A stretch of 25,089 nt of DNA. Source: a virus (lineage: Duplodnaviria; Caudoviricetes). Positions 1-7,787 of this stretch are shown piece after piece. Below the pieces are notes generated by a model that searched no databases, had not been told where the DNA came from, and worked only from the letters and a program-made list of their open reading frames with translations. The DNA lies in IMG/VR virus record IMGVR_UViG_3300020187_000198, positions 1 through 25,089 of that record. One strand, given 5' to 3'. Position numbers and translations under genes: made by a program. Within the stretch, counting starts at the first letter, position 1. Every line of letters begins with the position of its first letter.

Positions 1-119
1 CCTTGTTTCAAATCACTGGTACGCTTCCACCCTTTTTCCAAACAAGGAGAACCAGAGAAAAGCTCTAGCACCTTACTGCTTAACTCTACCTCCGTCATCA
101 TATCTATTAATCTAGTCAT
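1..119 (-). CDS. Hypothetical phage protein, runs off window start (MTRLIDMMTEVELSSKVLELFSGSPCLEKGWKR...)
   Basis: Translated by hand; ATG at 119 preceded by AAGGAGG and overlapping the end of the upstream gene. Confidence 0.7.
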   Translation of the reverse strand, partial: MTRLIDMMTEVELSSKVLELFSGSPCLEKGWKRTSDLKQ

Positions 120-387
120 TCGCTTGCCTCCTTGTTTTTTCTTGCTGAAAATCGCCTTTCTCCAGTTCGTTTTCAGCAAGAGTCTCTCTGACAAACTCCA
201 CGTCATACCCTCCGTTAGCTTCTTCGTAACCTAAAGTTTTAACAGACCCACAAGTATCGCATCGGTATTCTTTTTTGGGAGGGTCGCACATTAACAACTT
301 ATTAGGGTTAGGGACGATCTTGCCACAACACCTAACTACTTTTTGTGTAAATCCGGTAACTTTATATTCATGATTATAAATCTGCAT
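112..387 (-). CDS. Hypothetical protein with probable Zn-ribbon (RCCG...CDTCG)
   Basis: ORF with Cys pairs; AGGAGAGAGTGATG junction at its start. Confidence 0.75.
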   Translation of the reverse strand: MQIYNHEYKVTGFTQKVVRCCGKIVPNPNKLLMCDPPKKEYRCDTCGSVKTLGYEEANGGYDVEFVRETLAENELEKGDFQQEKTRRQAND

Positions 388-574
388 CACTCTCTCCTGT
401 TAAAGCCCCTTGCGACCACAGCGGGGCAGACTGCTTATAGCCTATCGGTCATCAATGCGCGAGTCTTACGCACTAATTTTAAACGCAATTTGCTTGAGTT
501 TAAACCTTTCCATTTAGCTGAAACCCTTACGCTGATTGGCGTACAGAGTTTTTATTTCAACGCAATTCTGTTAG

Positions 575-610
575 TTACTCTTCTCCTGCTTCGGGTGTTT
601 TATCTTTCAT
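575..610 (-). pseudogene. 11-codon remnant MKDKTPEAGEE* (probable deletion scar)
   Basis: Starts ATGAAAGATAAA like the gene at 2746 and ends in a degenerate junction motif AGGAGAAGAGTAA. Confidence 0.4.
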
Positions 611-845
611 AACGCTTCCCCCTTGGAGGTTCGGGCCACGGCATCCAGTATTTAACCTCTAACGAATATCCTTCACTCTCTTCACTCTCTTCACCGCATA
701 AGTCGTACCATGCCCCGCTCCCGAACTTATAGCAAACCATGCTTACAGTAACTAAACCTGTAAGAGAGTATCTATCTTCCACGCAACCAATCACAGGTTC
801 ACCATGTACCTCTGGCAGTCTATCTTTAACACTTATCCACTTCAT
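600..845 (-). CDS. DUF551-family phage protein
   Basis: N-terminal WISVKDRLPE and C-terminal VKYWMPWPEPP signatures. Confidence 0.85.
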   Translation of the reverse strand: MKWISVKDRLPEVHGEPVIGCVEDRYSLTGLVTVSMVCYKFGSGAWYDLCGEESEESEGYSLEVKYWMPWPEPPRGKRYER

Positions 846-1069
846 CACTCTCTCCTAGTTGTTTTTTCTACTGATGCGTTAAAAACTACAACCGCAAGAC
901 CATAAAATGCTGAAAGCAAAAACGCTAATAAACAGACAAGCAGAGTGGACTCAAAGCCTTCTTTTCTAACAAAAATTCCCGACATTTCAAAAAAAAGGAA
1001 TTGAGTTAACAATATAACCCCTGTAATTATAAAAAGTGCTTTAGGTACAACATAACTTATTTTATTCAT
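845..1069 (-). CDS. Small two-TM membrane protein (copy A)
   Basis: Two hydrophobic stretches; near-identical to 1686..1916; junction RBS. Confidence 0.8.
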   Translation of the reverse strand: MNKISYVVPKALFIITGVILLTQFLFFEMSGIFVRKEGFESTLLVCLLAFLLSAFYGLAVVVFNASVEKTTRRE

Positions 1070-1452
1070 CACTCTCTCCTCATCCTTCCATTAAGTAGCT
1101 CAGGGTTTTCGTATATGTTGCCTAGAATTTCTGGGAAATCACCTTCCATTGCGCTATCAGAGTACGAATTGTCGCAAAATAACTCAGGGTTTTCGTAAAT
1201 AACGCCATAGTCTGGGGTGATTTTAACTTCTACCACGCCCAATCCAGCAACGAGGACAATATCACCCTCATAGATTTCAGCGCCTTTTGAGTCCTTCACG
1301 CCAGTGTATTGCCGTCTAGCTATTAGGTTGTATCCACCCACTGCAAAATATTCGCTATGGCAATTCTCAATCTCGTCGAGCGTGTAGCGTAGGTCAAGCA
1401 ACTTCCCTGCTTCTTCGCGCTGACACATATAGCTAAATTTAATTTCTCTCAT
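1069..1452 (-). CDS. YopX-family protein
   Basis: MREIKF start, QYTGVKDSKGAEIYEGDIV and EILGNIYENPELL motifs. Confidence 0.9.
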   Translation of the reverse strand: MREIKFSYMCQREEAGKLLDLRYTLDEIENCHSEYFAVGGYNLIARRQYTGVKDSKGAEIYEGDIVLVAGLGVVEVKITPDYGVIYENPELFCDNSYSDSAMEGDFPEILGNIYENPELLNGRMRRE

Positions 1453-1699
1453 CACTCTTCTCCTTAGAATTCAATAAATTATCAACAAGACACCCCACTG
1501 AGGTATAGTAAACGCCTTCGTTATGATCAAAATGAGCTTCCATTTGCTTGTTAAGTTTTTCACATTCGGCTTGGGCGAGTTCCAACGTGGCGTAGGTTAC
1601 TGGTGGGTGTAAGGGCCAAATGTGGTTAGTAGCATTATTTTCTTCTAGGTAAAGAACGTCCCAGCCACCACTTCTATTTCTCATTTCAACGTATCTCAT
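1439..1699 (-). CDS. Hypothetical protein
   Basis: ORF with junction RBS, overlapping both neighbours. Confidence 0.75.
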   Translation of the reverse strand: MRYVEMRNRSGGWDVLYLEENNATNHIWPLHPPVTYATLELAQAECEKLNKQMEAHFDHNEGVYYTSVGCLVDNLLNSKEKSDERN

Positions 1700-1916
1700 C
1701 ACTTCCCTCCTTGTTTTTTCTTGATGCGTTAAAAACTACAACCGCAAGACCATAAAATGCTGAAAGCAAAAACGCTATAAAACAGACAAGCAGAGTGGAC
1801 TCAAAGCCTTCTTTTCTAACAAAAATTCCCGACATTTCAAAAAGAAATTGAGTTAAAAATATAACCCCTGTAATTATAAAAAGTGCTTTAGCTACAACAT
1901 AACTTATTTTATTCAT
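1686..1916 (-). CDS. Small two-TM membrane protein (copy B)
   Basis: Paralog of 845..1069. Confidence 0.8.
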   Translation of the reverse strand: MNKISYVVAKALFIITGVIFLTQFLFEMSGIFVRKEGFESTLLVCFIAFLLSAFYGLAVVVFNASRKNKEGSDEIR

Positions 1917-2151
1917 CACCGCTCTCCCTAGTGACTGGCCCTATTGTTCCCATAACTGTCACCATGTTGCCTTTTAATTTCTCGTCAAATTGGAGGGCAT
2001 TAACTTTAGATGATATATATGTAGCATTTCCGGCACTGTCGTATTGCATTATAGAGAGCTTTGAATTAGCGTCGCGCACAACAACAGCCACGAGTGCTAA
2101 GTCTCGCTTATTCAAATCACTTATAATTTCTTCATAGCTTATAGCTTCCAT
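1909..2151 (-). CDS. Hypothetical protein (MEAISYEE...)
   Basis: Start moved to ATG 2151, which follows AAGGAGAAGGGTG. Confidence 0.75.
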   Translation of the reverse strand: MEAISYEEIISDLNKRDLALVAVVVRDANSKLSIMQYDSAGNATYISSKVNALQFDEKLKGNMVTVMGTIGPVTRESGDE

Positions 2152-2746
2152 CACCCTTCTCCTTAGCATTCAAATAATCCAGTAAAGGTTGGACGTTCTT
2201 TTTATCAGTTAGGACTGATCTAAAACTCTTATCAAGAACACACCGCCCCCAATAAAACCAAACACCGGCTATATGATCAAAAGCAACTCCATATTTAGCC
2301 TGATTCTTGTCTTTCCAATCCACCACCTGATCAGGCTCAAGGTTCAACACAGCTTGCAGTACCATGTTGTATCGTTGTTGGTACTTAGCGGCTTTCTCTG
2401 CTTGGACTTGAGTTTTGTAGACGTTGTGGTGCTTCAATCTCTCATTTGTGAGAAACCCTACCTCATAGGATGAACAATTATCCCGATTGCAGACACCAAC
2501 TAGAACGCTCCCTGATATGTACCAATACTCTTCACCCTTTTCCGGCTCCCACACAATGCTTTTGGGTTCGGACTGTAGTTCTGCAACACGCTCGACTAAC
2601 CGTTGTATTATCTCTTTATCGTTCTGTCGTATATCTTCTCGATACTTTTGTCGAAAATGTCCGTGATCGTCGCCAGACGCGTAGTTGTAGTTTTCTAATC
2701 GCTTTTCAAACCTCAACGCCTCTTCGATTAATTCTTTATCTTTCAT
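2132..2746 (-). CDS. Hypothetical phage protein, paralog of 3032..3547
   Basis: ATG 2746 after AAGGAGAAAGGCG; shared blocks PKSIVWEP, EEYWY, QAEKAAKYQ..RYNMVLQAVLNLEPDQVVDWKD, KKNVQPLLDYLNAKEKGD. Confidence 0.8.
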   Translation of the reverse strand: MKDKELIEEALRFEKRLENYNYASGDDHGHFRQKYREDIRQNDKEIIQRLVERVAELQSEPKSIVWEPEKGEEYWYISGSVLVGVCNRDNCSSYEVGFLTNERLKHHNVYKTQVQAEKAAKYQQRYNMVLQAVLNLEPDQVVDWKDKNQAKYGVAFDHIAGVWFYWGRCVLDKSFRSVLTDKKNVQPLLDYLNAKEKGDGSYKL

Positions 2747-3039
2747 CGCCTTTCTCCTTTTACTGACGCGCATAAAATTTCAGCTTTATCAAGAACCGCT
2801 TTACAATGTTCTAGCATTGAGTAATCTGCGTCACTTAATCCAATACAAGACGACAGTTCTCTTATCACTAGATGCATATCTTTATAATGCCCGACTAGCA
2901 CCCACTTTTCTTTTTGCACTTCGCCTTTTTTCTTTCCCTTAGCAATTAGTTTTTGAGGGATAAACTTTAAAAGAGTGTGATTCCATTTATCAATTTCAAC
3001 TTTAAATTTTGAATTTATATGTACCGTTTGATTACTCAT
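2743..3039 (-). CDS. Hypothetical protein
   Basis: ORF with junction RBS; ATGA overlap with the downstream gene. Confidence 0.75.
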   Translation of the reverse strand: MSNQTVHINSKFKVEIDKWNHTLLKFIPQKLIAKGKKKGEVQKEKWVLVGHYKDMHLVIRELSSCIGLSDADYSMLEHCKAVLDKAEILCASVKGERR

Positions 3040-3547
3040 CGCCTTTCTCCTTCGCGTTTAGATAATCCAGTAATGGTTGGACGTTCTTTTTATTCGTGAG
3101 TGGTGCGTGTAAATTATCAACAATATAATAATCTGAATAAAACCAACGCCCACTTTTATTATTAAACACAACTCCATATTTAGCCTGATTCATGTCTTTC
3201 CAATCCACCACCTGATCAGGTTCAAGATTTAGTACAGCTTGCAATACCATGTTGTATCTCCTCTGATACTTAGCGGCTTTCTCTGCTTGGCCTTGGGTTT
3301 TATAGGCGTTGTGGTGTATTAGCAAGTTCCAATCTTCCTCGCCGTCCCTCCATTCTGTGTCGTCCAAAGTTCCGTCAATATCCACATACCAATACTCTTC
3401 AGCCTTTTTCGGCTCCCAGACAATGCTTTTGGGTGCAGGTTGTAGTTCTTCAACACGCTCGACTAGCCTACATATTGTCTTTGCATGGTGACATGGTAAT
3501 AGCTTTGCGAACTCCAGCGCCACTGCCATTAATTCTTTATCTTCCAT
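3032..3547 (-). CDS. Hypothetical phage protein, paralog of 2132..2746
   Basis: ATG 3547 after AAGGAGAAGAGTG; shared conserved blocks. Confidence 0.8.
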   Translation of the reverse strand: MEDKELMAVALEFAKLLPCHHAKTICRLVERVEELQPAPKSIVWEPKKAEEYWYVDIDGTLDDTEWRDGEEDWNLLIHHNAYKTQGQAEKAAKYQRRYNMVLQAVLNLEPDQVVDWKDMNQAKYGVVFNNKSGRWFYSDYYIVDNLHAPLTNKKNVQPLLDYLNAKEKGDE

Positions 3548-3605
3548 CACTCTTCTCCTTCGAGTCTTTAACCCAATTAATGTAGCTAAATTTAATTTCT
3601 CGCAT
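3537..3605 (-). pseudogene. 22-codon YopX remnant MREIKFSYINWVKDSKEKSDGR*
   Basis: First 8 residues identical to YopX at 1452; own RBS (AAGGAG); tail SKEKSD matches the tail of 1439..1699. Confidence 0.7.
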
Positions 3606-3655
3606 ATCACTCTCCTTGTTTTATTGCCCCCGAACATCAGAATTTAAGTATTTGC

Positions 3656-4162
3656 TCACTTAAACCTGTACTCCATTAGCACCTTCCACAAACTTTCAAT
3701 ATCTAGCAGATCATGATGTTTCATGACGCACCTAGAGCCATAGCCAAAGTCTTTTTGGAAATGTGAACTCCCAAACTTCTTACGACTGATCCAACCATTA
3801 ACTCGCATCACCTCTGGGTCGCTAGTCCGACCAACCAAAACAGCAATCTTTGATTTGAATTTATCCATGTTGTCAAAGATCAGGTTGCCAAACTCGGCGT
3901 TGTTAAACTTCACATCGATGCTCACACCCTCAAACCAAAGGTCAACGCCACCATCACTCACTACGTTGACGGTAGGCGTCTCTACCCCAAGTAATCGAGC
4001 AACAGCGAACTCTGCCTTAAAGCCATAGATGTTTGCCTCTACCCTGCTTTGCCTGTCGTTCTCTAGCCTTGGCTTGAAGCCCTGCATCTCGCATAGCTTT
4101 ACCGTATCGGCTCCCATAATTTCAGAGCTGTGAACGTCCTGCTTACTTAGCTTTATGAGCAT
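3656..4162 (-). CDS. Putative PD-(D/E)xK nuclease-fold protein
   Basis: G..AE.AV, DGGVDL, IDVK motif spacing. Confidence 0.6.
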   Translation of the reverse strand: MLIKLSKQDVHSSEIMGADTVKLCEMQGFKPRLENDRQSRVEANIYGFKAEFAVARLLGVETPTVNVVSDGGVDLWFEGVSIDVKFNNAEFGNLIFDNMDKFKSKIAVLVGRTSDPEVMRVNGWISRKKFGSSHFQKDFGYGSRCVMKHHDLLDIESLWKVLMEYRFK

Positions 4163-4430
4163 TTTTCCAAATTCCTTTCACGCCATTGATGATGAACTGT
4201 TTGGTGTGTATTGGATCTGCAATCTCAGGTATTGAATTGATTGCCTTTCGTCTTTGTTCTTTTGTCTGGAGGTCAGCTATCTGTGACGGTAGATAATAGA
4301 TTAGAGTGGCTCTGGCGAGTGCGTGGAACTCTTTTGGCATACTTCCCTCTATGTGCTTTAGGCACTGGGGGTAATATATTTTTTCCGCCGCATTTTTTAC
4401 GAGGACTCTAAGCTTGTCTGGTTTCATCAC
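4143..4430 (-). CDS. Hypothetical protein
   Basis: ORF overlapping both neighbours in the operon. Confidence 0.7.
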   Translation of the reverse strand: MMKPDKLRVLVKNAAEKIYYPQCLKHIEGSMPKEFHALARATLIYYLPSQIADLQTKEQRRKAINSIPEIADPIHTKQFIINGVKGIWKNAHKAK

Positions 4431-4825
4431 ATCTCCAGAAGCTCACGCATCAACATAATCCCAGTCTCATAATCGACTGTCGCAGTGTCTGATTCGTAGC
4501 CCTTTCCCATTAAATCTGATAGCCGAAACACAAACTTAATTGGCTGTCGGTCATACTTATAAATTAGCACTGGAATATACTCATCACCGGCAGAGGTTAG
4601 CGTTTGATCCCACCAGTCTTCTTTGTGCCAGTTGCCAGACTTATAACGCTTGGCTTCGATCATCAAATTATTAAATTCAATGTCCGCTTTTCCGGCAGTC
4701 TGATACTGTTCAAGATTGCGCTTCAAATGACTAGCGCACTCACCAAACTCATCTTGAAATTTCTTAATAAGATCGCGCTCAAAAGCGTGACCCTTCGAGC
4801 GTCCATTAATCGGCACGAGGATCAT
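4427..4825 (-). CDS. Holliday junction resolvase (Hjc-like PD-(D/E)xK)
   Basis: RSKGHAFER, ADI, IEAKR motifs. Confidence 0.8.
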   Translation of the reverse strand: MILVPINGRSKGHAFERDLIKKFQDEFGECASHLKRNLEQYQTAGKADIEFNNLMIEAKRYKSGNWHKEDWWDQTLTSAGDEYIPVLIYKYDRQPIKFVFRLSDLMGKGYESDTATVDYETGIMLMRELLEM

Positions 4826-5150
4826 CCCCCATGCTATATCGGGTGTACCAGATCGACTTCATCTTGTCTTGCTCTGGTGAATTTCCCGCCTTGTTGCCTT
4901 GGCGCCATTGGTACTTAAACGCGGTGATTTCAGCCCACTCTCTGACGCGAGCCTCACCGTACAATTGCACCATGACATCGATGCATTCAACGCCACCGTC
5001 TTTAATGTAATGCTTGGGTTGAAATACGTTTTCTTCTCGCAAAATTGCAGGGTGTTCTTTTGCAACACGATCCCACTCCTCTGGCGTTGCGCTACTCAGT
5101 CCAGTTGATCTTGTCCGCGATGTATTCTCTAAGATCGTACTCGGTTCCAT
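4806..5150 (-). CDS. DUF3310 (SaV-like) domain protein
   Basis: PKHY..GGVECID, FKYQWR, QDKMKSIWY; start uncertain (5150 or 5201). Confidence 0.8.
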   Translation of the reverse strand: MEPSTILENTSRTRSTGLSSATPEEWDRVAKEHPAILREENVFQPKHYIKDGGVECIDVMVQLYGEARVREWAEITAFKYQWRQGNKAGNSPEQDKMKSIWYTRYSMGDDPRAD

Positions 5151-5397
5151 ACCGCGCAATGAACCGGCTTTTCGATGGGTGTCTTGATGTAAATTTTTCA
5201 TTGTCTTCTCCTGCGCGATGATGCGCGTAACACAGTGGAATTGTCAGTAAGTGAGCGTCCGGTTTTGTCTTGCCTTCAATGTGATGAATCTCGGCAGGAC
5301 TGGTAACGCCATACAATTTCTTGCATATGACGCAACCGAATTCAGCAATTGCCGACATCCACTTTTTTTCTTGGACACTTGGCGTTCTACTCTTCAT
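5092..5397 (-). CDS. Ref-like (recombination enhancement) HNH nuclease
   Basis: GCVIC...AEIHH...TIPLCYAHHR; start at 5397 overlaps the upstream HTH gene. Confidence 0.8.
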   Translation of the reverse strand: MKSRTPSVQEKKWMSAIAEFGCVICKKLYGVTSPAEIHHIEGKTKPDAHLLTIPLCYAHHRAGEDNEKFTSRHPSKSRFIARYGTEYDLREYIADKINWTE

Positions 5398-5590
5398 TCG
5401 ATGCGTACAAGTGATCAACCGATACGTCGAAATGACTGGCAAGTTTCTTCATCACTTGAAAGCTTGGAAACAAAGTTTTGCCAACTAGAAACCGATGAAT
5501 AGTGGGTTGAGGCACTCCAGTTTTTCTAGCCAGAGTGGACTGTGAAATTTTGTGATCTTGCATTAGTTGCTTTAAGACGTTCTCTTTCAT
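5387..5590 (-). CDS. XRE/Cro-family HTH regulator
   Basis: ISQSTLARKTGVPQPTIHRF...KLASHFDVSVDHL. Confidence 0.9.
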   Translation of the reverse strand: MKENVLKQLMQDHKISQSTLARKTGVPQPTIHRFLVGKTLFPSFQVMKKLASHFDVSVDHLYASNEE

Positions 5591-5595
5591 TTTAC

Positions 5596-5940
5596 TTATC
5601 CTTGGTGGTTGTAAATTCTATTTTTTTCAAACCGTAGGTTAGCCATTGTTGACTGCCAGACTTTGAACTCGACCTCTGCCGCCGCGAGATTTGATTTTGC
5701 GGCAACCAATTTTCCTTTTGCCGTACCAACATCTAATCTGCACTGGTATACATCGCAATCTTCATCGGCGGTGCGAGATTGTTTCGCGTGAGTTTTGTGA
5801 CCTCGCGACTCTGCCCTTACCATTGTCAATGCAACCATCTTTTTTAATTCAGCCTCAGCCCCAGCCAGTTCATACTCCGCTCTTGCGATTGACTTGCCAG
5901 CCTGTCTAATGTTTTCTGCAAATTGCTCTTGATCGTCCAT
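5596..5940 (-). CDS. Helical hypothetical protein (possibly UvsY-like)
   Basis: Coiled-coil pattern ending WQSTMANLR; coupled to the primase-helicase stop. Confidence 0.7.
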   Translation of the reverse strand: MDDQEQFAENIRQAGKSIARAEYELAGAEAELKKMVALTMVRAESRGHKTHAKQSRTADEDCDVYQCRLDVGTAKGKLVAAKSNLAAAEVEFKVWQSTMANLRFEKNRIYNHQG

Positions 5941-7787
5941 TACGCTTCCTTCGAGTAATTAATATAAAATTTTGGCTTACTGCCTTTTCTCTCCTTGTAC
6001 TGCATGCAAGCCGTATCAAATTCAAAACCCACCTTGCCCTCATACATGCCGTTTCGATTCTTTAGCACTTCAAAATAAGAGTCCCATTGCTTGACATACT
6101 TTTCCGGTGGCTCTTCACCGAGCATCTCTGCTTGCTCAAGCATTTCAATCTTGCGCTTGTTCTTAAAAATGGAAATGAATGTATCGGCAAGATCAGTAAT
6201 CGAGCCTGACCCCTTAACGTCATATTTGTTTGGCGCGGAGTACTCAGACTCACCCTTGCGAACGTGCGTAACTAAGAAAATTGTTACCGGAAAACTAAGC
6301 TTAAAATTCACCAACATTTCGACAAACTTTTGCTGATTCTCATAGTCATCCTGCCTCACCATATTGGTTAGCGAATCAATGACAAAAACATTGATGCCAT
6401 AACGGCGGTAGGCGTACTCAAAACACTCCATTAAATCCTTTGGTTTGGGCGTCAGCTTATCCACGAACAGCCATAAATTAGGGGCTAACCACTCCAGTAT
6501 TTTCTGCCGATAAGGCTTAGGCGGTGTGCCTGATCCGGCGGCTTGCCGCATCATCCTGCCAAGGGTGGATTTGGGGGGCATCTCCATTGAGGCAATCAGC
6601 ACTTTTTGATCTTGCTGAATCGCGTTGAGACACATTTGTCCAAGGAATAAAGACTTGCCATGACCGTTGATGCCGCAAAAGCCAATCATTTCATGGGGTC
6701 TGAATCGAATATCCTCTTCATCAAGCTTGCCCCAACCGGAACGAAAGCCACTGTCCTCACCTGTAACGCTGAAAAAATCATCAATGTCAGATTCAAATGC
6801 CGTAACACTTTTTAGCGTTTCGGGGTCTTTCCAAACCGCTTCTTCATAAGCACCACTTAGGACAAATCGAGCGTATTCATAGGGGTTCTGACCTTGGGGT
6901 GCTTTCATCAAAAGATCATTGATATCTTTGGTGGGAAGGTTGATTCGATGACATCGATCACCTAGCCGATTCATAATTTCTGCGGCGGCTAATTCACCTT
7001 GCTCATCCATATCGGTTGCCACAAGGATGCGCTCGAATCTTGCTAAATTCTCGTACTCGTTCTCAATCCACTTGGTTTGTTTGGCTCCTTTTCCGCCACC
7101 CATTGGCACGGATAAAGCGGGAAATCCTAGCTCAGTACAGCAAATGGCATCCATTTCGCCTTCCACTAACCAGCCCTCTCTGGCGTCATCAGGGATAACG
7201 TGCCAACCGAAAAGAATCGGTTTAAGGTTTTTTTGAGTAGAGGGGTTGCCGTCATAATTCATCGGCTTGGTCTTGATAAAAACCAGTTCGCCCTTGGGAT
7301 CATAAAAAGGGAAGACAACGTCCTTACCGCCCTTCCCATCAGTTTCATAGATTCGATGTCTAAAGCACACCTCTCCCACATCTTTAAAGCCTCGGCTATC
7401 CATGTAGCCATGGAGGACTTCACTGTTCTTTTGTTCAGGAAGCTTTGGAATGTTGTAGGTTTTATTTTTTACCGCGCTGAATTTTTTTGCCGGAGCGCCA
7501 TCACGAATATTAAATCGCTTCTTCCCCCAATCCATGGCATCAACAAGACTTAACCCTAACGCATGCTGAATGAGATCCAACATATCGCCAGTATCACCGG
7601 TGGCAAAGTCAATATACCTGCCAGACTGTTCTCCATGCAGGTAGACAGACATTGACCTGCCCTTCTCGCCATCAATCGAACCAATTTTGTAACAGCCTGA
7701 TTCCACGCGGCCATCGGGATAAAGTTCTTGACAGATACCGGAGGCGTTCTCGCCAAGGCGTTTTGAGAGATCTCTAATATCAATCAT
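5940..7787 (-). CDS. DNA primase-helicase (TOPRIM plus SF4, T7 gp4/Twinkle-like)
   Basis: TOPRIM EGEMD and DMDEQG; Walker A GINGHGKS; Walker B VFVIDSL; HVRK; KGSGSI; KNR. Confidence 0.93.
   Translation of the reverse strand: MIDIRDLSKRLGENASGICQELYPDGRVESGCYKIGSIDGEKGRSMSVYLHGEQSGRYIDFATGDTGDMLDLIQHALGLSLVDAMDWGKKRFNIRDGAPAKKFSAVKNKTYNIPKLPEQKNSEVLHGYMDSRGFKDVGEVCFRHRIYETDGKGGKDVVFPFYDPKGELVFIKTKPMNYDGNPSTQKNLKPILFGWHVIPDDAREGWLVEGEMDAICCTELGFPALSVPMGGGKGAKQTKWIENEYENLARFERILVATDMDEQGELAAAEIMNRLGDRCHRINLPTKDINDLLMKAPQGQNPYEYARFVLSGAYEEAVWKDPETLKSVTAFESDIDDFFSVTGEDSGFRSGWGKLDEEDIRFRPHEMIGFCGINGHGKSLFLGQMCLNAIQQDQKVLIASMEMPPKSTLGRMMRQAAGSGTPPKPYRQKILEWLAPNLWLFVDKLTPKPKDLMECFEYAYRRYGINVFVIDSLTNMVRQDDYENQQKFVEMLVNFKLSFPVTIFLVTHVRKGESEYSAPNKYDVKGSGSITDLADTFISIFKNKRKIEMLEQAEMLGEEPPEKYVKQWDSYFEVLKNRNGMYEGKVGFEFDTACMQYKERKGSKPKFYINYSKEA

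Larger units (their letters stand above)
872..1919. repeat. ~200-bp direct repeat (872-1072 and 1722-1919)
   Basis: Hand alignment: about 5 substitutions plus one 3-nt indel in a poly-A run; offset about 850 bp. Confidence 0.95.

Noticed and set aside
430-460. Hammerhead-like TTGATGA-CC-GATA-GG on the minus strand
   Set aside because: Lacks the CUGA start and the GAAA after stem II
343-612. 89-aa plus-strand ORF
   Set aside because: Antisense to a uniformly minus-strand array, no RBS, overlaps real genes
671-1197. Short repeats CTTCACTCT (671-695) and CTCAGGGTTTTCGTA (1099, 1183)
   Set aside because: Explained by peptide repeats (EES, YENPEL) inside DUF551 and YopX
872-1919. Diversity-generating retroelement TR/VR pair
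   Set aside because: No reverse transcriptase in the window; both copies are whole genes and the differences include a G/C change and an indel, not adenine-only changes
117-3620. CRISPR array or true integron
   Set aside because: Repeats are short degenerate RBS junctions separated by whole genes; no cas genes, no attC-like palindromes, and the integrase is tied to a tRNA att site
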